This document shows positions 56,841 to 64,000 of a stretch of 64,000 bases of DNA, piece after piece (the stretch's first letter is position 1; each line of letters opens with the position of its first letter). Both the position numbers and the translations under genes were made by a program. The notes beneath the pieces are model-generated. The model was given only the letters and a program-made list of their open reading frames with translations, had not been told where the DNA came from and did not search any database. The stretch lies in IMG/VR virus record IMGVR_UViG_2925639251_000002; one strand, given 5' to 3'. Source of the stretch: a virus.

Positions 56841-58129
56841 CTTTGATACCCTCGGTTTCCCGATATTTATTAGGGAATAGACCATATCATCATCTGTACT
56901 AGACAGATGGTCAGCGCTTCATAATAAGGAATTTCACCTTATTATTACTCCATAAAGGATGGTCGTTGCACCTTCATTTACAAGTACTTCTCAGCATGAT
57001 GTAAACGCTTGGCACAGGGTTTTCATATAATACATTCTACATTCATTTCACATTTTTATAGGTTCTTCCTTGTTTAATTCCATAAACAACATTGGGTTTT
57101 ATGTTACACATTTTTGCAACATGGGGTGCTGATAACCCTTTTTTAAGAAGTTCTCTTATACATAATACTTCTTCTGGAGTAAGAGTGCTTTTCTTCTTGC
57201 TTTTGTATTTAAGAATAAAGTCGTCCCACCCAGTAACATGAATATGATTCCATACTTTACACTGTAATATTGATTTAACGATGGGGTAGGAAACACGCAT
57301 TGATTTTGATACTTCAGACATCTTTTCCCCATTAATCAATCGAACTTTTATCTCGTGTGCTTTCGTTTCATTTATTTTTGAGGATTTATTTTTTGACCCT
57401 AAATGAGACTGACGCATCTTTAATCTAGATTCTGGCGAATGCCTTTTATTCATTCTAGATTGTAAAAGCTTTTCTTTATGCTGCGGAGAGAGCTTTCTGC
57501 CAATTCTCGCCTTACTCATTTTGGCTTTAGTCTCATCACTAAGCTTTCTTCCGATGTTATTAATCCTATTCTTTTCCCCAATAATCTTTTTGGTGGAGTC
57601 AGACATCTTACAATTACTCTTGCCCTCTCCGCCGGTGGTCATGTTAAAGCCATTTAAATAGGCACCTAGTTCATTTATGTAGTGAGTTTCTAATTCGTTC
57701 ATATCTGAGTTTGGATCAACTGTTTGTAAAACATGGAATTGGAAATCGTTTTCTCCATATTTATTCCAATTATTCTGCAAATGTCGATTACAGTGCGAAT
57801 TGTTTTTCAGCTTCCAAGTGTGATGCCAGTAACGCTTAATAAATTTCATCTTAGTTTTCCCCACATATATTAAGCCGGTGCTTATCTGCTCAATCTTATA
57901 TATCCCACTCAAATATTTATGCTCATCCTCATTTATAAACTTCACTTTGTCACCCCCTTGTTTTAAATATCATTGTTCAAAATGTAAAATGTATTAATTA
58001 GAATTCCCCTGTTAGCACACTCATTGACGATCATTTCCTATCGCTACTTTTCGCTGAATGCACACCCTAGTTTTCTAGGTTCACTGACTTTTCATCCGCA
58101 TATCGCTATGCGACGCGACTATAAATTTA
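56841..58129 (-). ncRNA. Group I intron (IA-like) in yonO
   Basis: U.G pair at the 5' splice site; P3, P4, P7, P8 pairings; terminal G. Confidence 0.88.
57043..57945 (-). CDS. Intron-encoded GIY-YIG homing endonuclease with NUMOD3 repeats
   Basis: SGIYKI...YVGKT; LSDETKAKMS and HSPESRLKM repeats. Confidence 0.9.
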   Translation of the reverse strand: MKFINEDEHKYLSGIYKIEQISTGLIYVGKTKMKFIKRYWHHTWKLKNNSHCNRHLQNNWNKYGENDFQFHVLQTVDPNSDMNELETHYINELGAYLNGFNMTTGGEGKSNCKMSDSTKKIIGEKNRINNIGRKLSDETKAKMSKARIGRKLSPQHKEKLLQSRMNKRHSPESRLKMRQSHLGSKNKSSKINETKAHEIKVRLINGEKMSEVSKSMRVSYPIVKSILQCKVWNHIHVTGWDDFILKYKSKKKSTLTPEEVLCIRELLKKGLSAPHVAKMCNIKPNVVYGIKQGRTYKNVK

Positions 58130-60004
58130 ATCGATAGTAAAGTTATTTTCCATACATAGCCATTTGATCACGTCCAGATTTATATTGTCACTGTTCCATA
58201 TCTTAGTGATATTGTTACTGTACTCCCCGATATTGATCCCATAAGCAAGAGTTAGTGCTTCATAGATGTTTCTGCTATTAATCTCTTGTTTCTGGGCTAC
58301 AGACATTTCATAATACAAAGGAACGATGTTCTCCATATTACGCTTGGCAATATTGACGATTAGCTCATCAGAAATAATTAAGGCCTTATCCCCGTCATTA
58401 TCAAACTGCAGCAGTTTCGATATCGGATCATGAATGCTGGTATAAACACCTCGGGTAATAAACCACTTTTCATATTCCTCATCTTTTTTGTTCCATCTAA
58501 CTCCATGTTCTCTGTATAGGTGAGGGGAGCGAAGGATATCAATATGCCCTTCATCATATAAAGAACAATAGACATTGCTGCCGGTAAGAAGTCCTTTTGG
58601 ATTCTCAATTCCAAGAAACAGTCTTTCACAAAAAGCATATAGATCTGGACATAAATATGTATACCTAGCATCACTGACAAGTAATTTTCCTGATTTGGCG
58701 TCCTTAATCATACTCTTCTTCTTATTCTTAATGATTTCTTTGGTGTGATCATCATTTAGCAGCTCTGGATATGATAGTAGAGCTTCTTGAAGGCTTGTTT
58801 TATGTTTATTTTTCTCGGTAGCCCCCAAAACTTTCATCATGGTTTCTTTATCAGTGCCTAATTGAGTAATCTCTCTGACAGTTTTTGAGCTGATTTGGTT
58901 CAATTCCTCATCTGTGATATCAGTGAGTGTTTGTAGCATTTGGTAAGTCAGTTTTCCCTCAACCGATGGATCTTCTTCATTTAACTTAGCCCCAAGACAT
59001 CCATACTTTTTAAATTTGTTGCGATAGTCATCCCATGAATCATAGTACTTCCACATCTTAAACTGGCTTTTCGTAAAAATTATTTGGATATCATCTTTAA
59101 TAATGTCCCATTCTTTACCGTAGACGTCCTTAACTATAAATGAACTGTGTTTTTCAGCAAACTTTCTAAAATCAAATGGAACTAGCAGACCCTTAACCCA
59201 AGGTAATCTGACCATAAAGCTTTTCTGGCTCAAACTGGGAAGCATCATTCCGCAACCATCTGTATGTTCTATAGGAATATCCATAACTTTACGAGTGATT
59301 TCATATGTATCACGGTCAATATAATCAACCAGGCTGGAAACGTTTGTTTCTAAGTCATTTACGACAATTGTTTTATCAATATCAATTTCCCATGGACTGC
59401 TGGCGCTATTCGATAAGGCCATGTAGCTATTCCATTTGTTTATGCTACTCCCACCTTGAGCATTGATTTGCTCCACACTAAGGCCACAAGTTAAAGCATT
59501 TTGATACTTATCTAAGGTGCTTTGCTTGATAAAACAAGACTTTTTGGTTCGTATTTGACCGGCACTGCTAGTGAAATAAACGTATTTCTCATTGTTATGT
59601 ATGAATCCTTTATCAATAATGTCCCTTAAAATTTGAAAGTGATAAGTTTGGACAACCATGATCTCTTCAGAGAGAGAGTTTTCTTTGATTCCCAATGTTC
59701 GAGTTAAGACTGAATCAAATAATGAAATAACATTATTATCTTTCAGGGAATCTGTTCTAAGTGTTCTTATTTGATTATGATTGTTAAAGGCGTTATAAAG
59801 ATTTTCTTTTAAGGAAATAATCCTTTGCGTTATGTACTTCTTATGTTTTTTATCAACATGTTCAAGTTTTTTGAGATGATCTCTGTACCTATATGATTTT
59901 AAAATCTTGTTATGTAATTTGTTTTCTTGATCATTATAAAAAGCAGAAGTATCAATACTGTAAATATGTACTTGCTTATTTAGACCGTCTTTTTTTCCTT
60001 TCAA
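58130..60004 (-). CDS. yonO: YonO single-subunit RNA polymerase, exon 1
   Basis: RSP and DNDGD catalytic motif; exons total 841 aa. Confidence 0.9.
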
Positions 60005-60043
60005 TAAATTCTCCCCTTATTACTTTTATGCATATTTTTTGAT

Positions 60044-60238
60044 TTAATAGTCGCTTTTTAGATACTTATGTACAAGATTTTTGTATGTATAGCTCTTTTT
60101 ATCGATTGTCCCAAAAAGTTTATAGTCCTCATAAAGAGTGTTTTCTTCTTGTGAAGCAGTTCCTTCAATAATAGTAGTCTCTAAAAATCCAATTAAATTA
60201 CTAAACATGTACGTTACTTTCTTTGAATCCTTTTGCAT
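60044..60238 (-). CDS. yonP: Small protein
   Basis: 64 aa; GGAGG RBS; synteny. Confidence 0.7.
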   Translation of the reverse strand: MQKDSKKVTYMFSNLIGFLETTIIEGTASQEENTLYEDYKLFGTIDKKSYTYKNLVHKYLKSDY

Positions 60239-61264
60239 TATCTCACCTCCTCACCTATGAGTTAATTATATACATATTATTTGTATTTGTCTATTGTTTT
60301 TTCGCTAGTATGTTAACAGCTCCAGGTTATTGAGATGAATTCTAAGCCATATAGAGTGATTATCGTAATCTAAAAACATGCCTATCGTAAATAATATGAT
60401 AGAGTTCAAAAATCCAGTAAACGTAAGGGTATTTGATGCATCGAATGGTGATTAGGGATAAAACGATCGTAAAACATAAGTGAGAGTAGGGGGAAGTGGC
60501 TGCATTATCTAAATATTGATGAAAACGAGGTAATTTGAAAAGGGGAAAACGTTGATATAGAAGGCTTTTACGATAGCGATTACGATGTGAAAAAGGGTGA
60601 TTTTGAGGTGGAATTAGGAAAATGAAAATTTGGATAGGGTGTGGAAATGGAAGTGCTATGGGTACATTTGTTCCCTTTATTTTGCCATTAGATGTAAATA
60701 TACCCCCATATATTGGTATTGTAATACGTGTATAAGGTACATTATACGTGTATTTAATGACTTGGGGAGGTCTGCACTGGTGCTAACATAATTCCAGGCC
60801 AAACACAAGAATTAATTTTAAAAAAATTAAATTGGTTAGCAATATAAAAATGAATAACCATTCATGAAAGATAATCGTATTTATAACGAATCCGAGGGAA
60901 TCGAAGACATATTTATTTTATCCTAATCACTATACATAACCATATCTTACCCAATCATATATCCTACACTAATCTAATCACTCTACACTAACCTCATCCG
61001 ATTCCCACATCATATATACACAACACTCATCATCATCATCATCCAATCTAATCACAATCACACGCTATCAGAACCAATATAACACGTCTCTAAGCATCCT
61101 TAATCAATTCCCAATCCAATTACATTCTTGTTCATTCAAACAGCACACAAGGCATCTCAATACCATCCATCAACACACAAATATCTCACTACGAATATAA
61201 AAAATATGTATATAAAAATCACTAATTATGTTATAATAGAGTCATAGGAAAGGAGGTGTACATA

Positions 61265-61441
61265 GTGCTTGAGAAAGTGGGTATCATAGTTGCTTTCCTC
61301 ATATCTTTAACGGTTCTTACAATCAACAGTCTAACAATAGTTGAGAAGATAAGAAACCTAAAGAATGGGACAAGCAAAAAGAAAAAGCGTATACGCAAGC
61401 GGCTCCGACCAAAGAGACAACGCCAACGTATACGCCGATGA
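61265..61441 (+). CDS. yonT: Type I toxin YonT
   Basis: TM segment plus highly basic tail; 58 aa; AAGGAGG RBS; TGnTATAAT at 61229-61237. Confidence 0.9.
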   Translation: MLEKVGIIVAFLISLTVLTINSLTIVEKIRNLKNGTSKKKKRIRKRLRPKRQRQRIRR

Positions 61442-61480
61442 GAGCTAAGCTAAAGGGGAATGAACTTCTCCTTTAGTTCT
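61380..61480 (-). ncRNA. Putative SR6-like antitoxin RNA
   Basis: Minus-strand TTTACA (61509-61514) and TGnTATAAT (-10 at 61487-61492) directed into the yonT 3' end; ends approximate. Confidence 0.6.
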
Positions 61481-61494
61481 ACCCATATTATAAC

Positions 61495-61710
61495 ATGATC
61501 AAGCACATTGTAAACATGAAACGATTCTCGCTACGGTTTACCCATGTCACATTCATTGGCTTATTCTTAATGTTTCAACTCATTAAGGATTACTTCAGCA
61601 GCGAAGCACAAACACTAATCAATATAATATTCATAGTCACATGTATCATTGCCATATTGTTGTGGATCATCTATTTTGTATTCCTTAAACTAAGAAACAA
61701 GTCTCACTAA
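61495..61710 (+). CDS. yoyJ: Two-TM membrane protein
   Basis: Two hydrophobic segments; follows yonT. Confidence 0.7.
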   Translation: MIKHIVNMKRFSLRFTHVTFIGLFLMFQLIKDYFSSEAQTLINIIFIVTCIIAILLWIIYFVFLKLRNKSH

Positions 61711-61754
61711 TCTTATAGGCCTCATGGTATAATTAAATCATTGAGGTGAGATGA

Positions 61755-61943
61755 TTGGAGAAAAAATTCCTGGATGCTATTCGGCAGCTGACAAAGGAAT
61801 TGGAAATGCTCAAGAAAGATATTGACTCCATCAAAGAAGCAACTGTCAGAATTGATAAAGACCTTTTAGAGTACAGAGAAGAGATAAGCAAAGTAAAACA
61901 AGGTGATTCAGTATTAATCATGCAGCAACATAAGGATAATTAA
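61755..61943 (+). CDS. yonU: Coiled-coil small protein
   Basis: 62 aa; GAGG RBS; synteny. Confidence 0.7.
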   Translation: MEKKFLDAIRQLTKELEMLKKDIDSIKEATVRIDKDLLEYREEISKVKQGDSVLIMQQHKDN

Positions 61944-62024
61944 ATATGCGTTATAAATAAGGGAGCGGTAAGGCAATTATCGTTCCTTATTTTTCAATAC
62001 AAAATTAAAATATAAGGAGAATAT

Positions 62025-63242
62025 ATGGAAAGAGTTAAAGTGATCGATTCTATTATGGGAAGCGGTAAAACATCTGCAGCAATTGACATGATGAATAATT
62101 CAGGGGCAGATGAAAATTTTATTTTCATTACACCGTATTTGGATGAAGTGGATCGTATTAAGAAGAGCATAAACAGTAAACAAATTTATGAGCCTAAAGT
62201 AAAGAAGAAAGGTGACAAAACACAATATAAGTTTGAGTCATTTCATGAACTTTTATCTCAGAACAAAAATATTGTTGCTACACATAATCTATTCAAAAAT
62301 GCTAATGACGAAACAAAGGAGTTGATCCTTTCAGGCAACTATACATTGATTTTAGATGAAGTTATGGAAGTAGTTGAACAGTTACGCGTTAAGAAGCATG
62401 ATCTAACTACACTATTTGAATCAAAGTTAATATATGTTGAAGACGGATTTGTCAAATGGAACGAAGAAAAAAAGGACTATGAAACACGCTATGATGATAT
62501 CCGTGATATGGCTTTAAACAATAATCTTATGTACTTTAAAGACAATATATTGATTTGGAATTTTCCTGCAGATATATTCAAGTTGTTTAAAGAAGTTTAC
62601 ATACTCACTTACATGTTTGATGCTCAAATACAAAGATATTATTATGATATAAACAATATCAAGTATCAAAAATACGTTTCTGAATTTATAGATGGGCAAT
62701 ACAGGTTTACAAAACATAATACTGAATACGAGAGTATTCTAAAGGCTCAATTAAGAAATAAAATAAAAATATATGAAGGTAACTTGAATACAGTTGGCCA
62801 ATTGGATTATTCATTATCATCTAATTGGTATAAAAATAAATCACCATATACGATCAAGAAGGTAAAGAACAATGTATTCAATTACTTTAACAACATTGTT
62901 AAGTCATCAAGTGATGAAGCTATGTGGACGACTTATTCAGAACATAAAAACAAAGTAAAGGGAAATGGATATACAAAAGGGTTTGTGTCATGTAATGCAA
63001 GAGCTACAAATGATTTTAAGCACAAAAAACATTTAGTGTATACAATAAACAGATACGTTAACACTGTTCTATATAATTATTTTAAAGAGAAATATCAAAT
63101 AACAATTGATCAAGACGCATTTGCATTATCCGAATTAGTACAATGGATTTGGAGATCTGCAATTAGAGATGGTGAAGAAATAACAGTATACATACCTTCA
63201 TTAAGGATGAGGAAGCTATTAATTGAATGGTTAAATGGGTAG
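62025..63242 (+). CDS. yonV: SF2 helicase-like protein
   Basis: MGSGKT, LILDE, QWIWRSAIR motifs. Confidence 0.8.
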   Translation: MERVKVIDSIMGSGKTSAAIDMMNNSGADENFIFITPYLDEVDRIKKSINSKQIYEPKVKKKGDKTQYKFESFHELLSQNKNIVATHNLFKNANDETKELILSGNYTLILDEVMEVVEQLRVKKHDLTTLFESKLIYVEDGFVKWNEEKKDYETRYDDIRDMALNNNLMYFKDNILIWNFPADIFKLFKEVYILTYMFDAQIQRYYYDINNIKYQKYVSEFIDGQYRFTKHNTEYESILKAQLRNKIKIYEGNLNTVGQLDYSLSSNWYKNKSPYTIKKVKNNVFNYFNNIVKSSSDEAMWTTYSEHKNKVKGNGYTKGFVSCNARATNDFKHKKHLVYTINRYVNTVLYNYFKEKYQITIDQDAFALSELVQWIWRSAIRDGEEITVYIPSLRMRKLLIEWLNG

Positions 63243-63557
63243 TTAAAGAGAATAAACCTCTTAAACTCTAAAAAAAGCTCAATAATACCAAGGGTTTTCC
63301 CGTCTAAGTCTTTAAGAGAGACAAAAATAAATTAAATAATAAAATAAGAGAATGGGGGTGCTGCTAATTGTTCAATACGGTTCGTTCCTCACCTGAACAA
63401 TTTTTGCTCACACCACCCCCAAACCCCCTCATGAGCAATCATATTTAATCATATAAAAATAAAAAATATGTATATAAATTGTTGAATTATTAAAGTGACC
63501 CGTATATAATGTAATTAACAAATATAAAAAATATGAATTAGGAGGAGAATACATAAT

Positions 63558-64000
63558 ATGAAGAATACCAATCTATATTTAATCAGGGAAAGTGAAAGAG
63601 AGCAGTACATGGATCGAATTGATGCCTTGGACAAAGTGAAAAAGTTAAAGATGCTAGGTGACAAAAAACATACTTCAATAAAATTCTTGTCAGAGTATTT
63701 CGGAATGAAAGTACCTACATTAACTACATACATCCACAGAAATAATGAGGTTTTGGTTGAAGACGGACTGAAGAAACTAGAAGGATTAGAGCTTGAAGGA
63801 TTTAAGCATAAATATAATATGCCTGGGAAATTCATTAAGCTATATATCGTTCCTAAAAGAGCAGCTTTAAGATTGGCAATGATCCTTAAAAATTCAGATA
63901 CAGCCATTAAGGTAAGAAAAGAACTCACAGATGAGGAGGACGGTGCTCAACAAGAGTTTGTTCCATCGGTTTTTCATGAAAGGAAAGAAGTTGTTGCGCC
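63558..64000 (+). CDS. Phage antirepressor-like DNA-binding protein (partial, runs off the window)
   Basis: AGGAGG RBS; MKNTNLYLIRESEREQYMDRIDALDKVK...RAALRLAMILKNS. Confidence 0.65.
   Translation, partial: MKNTNLYLIRESEREQYMDRIDALDKVKKLKMLGDKKHTSIKFLSEYFGMKVPTLTTYIHRNNEVLVEDGLKKLEGLELEGFKHKYNMPGKFIKLYIVPKRAALRLAMILKNSDTAIKVRKELTDEEDGAQQEFVPSVFHERKEVVA

Noticed and set aside
56190-56885. Separate 231-aa gene, or yonO pseudogene
   Set aside because: The first 15 codons are intron P7-P9 sequence; splicing restores one ORF
63515-63928. Minus-strand 137-aa ORF
   Set aside because: Shadow of the plus-strand gene starting at 63558, which has a strong RBS

Overview
Bacillus subtilis-type chromosome. 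Bases 1-~6975 are host genes (ymzC, ymzA, nrdIEF-ymaB, cwlC, 5' part of spoVK). From ~6975 to the window end is the left ~57 kb of an SPbeta-like prophage integrated inside spoVK. The prophage carries an accessory block (GNAT, YokF nuclease, LXG-HNH toxin with SMI1/KNR4 immunity genes, a BsrE/H-type type I toxin, a PD-(D/E)xK-like protein, yolD-uvrX, rap-phr), then a minus-strand lysis/tail/head/packaging operon. After that come a ~2.4 kb mostly non-coding, strongly structured region around a DIP1984-like gene, HU, the yonO RNA polymerase gene split by a group I intron with a GIY-YIG endonuclease, a 1 kb repeat-rich strand-switch region, and yonT-yoyJ-yonU-yonV. The best leads are: (i) the DIP1984-like gene followed by a stem-closed candidate RNA with six UUACR repeats, inside a cluster of candidate ncRNAs; (ii) an att junction that appears to split a phage HTH gene as well as spoVK; (iii) the yonO intron; (iv) dispersed ATAAAA-N6-TTTTAT palindromes and a loxP/dif-like site. 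SPbeta gene names come from recalled sequence, size and synteny, not from database searches.
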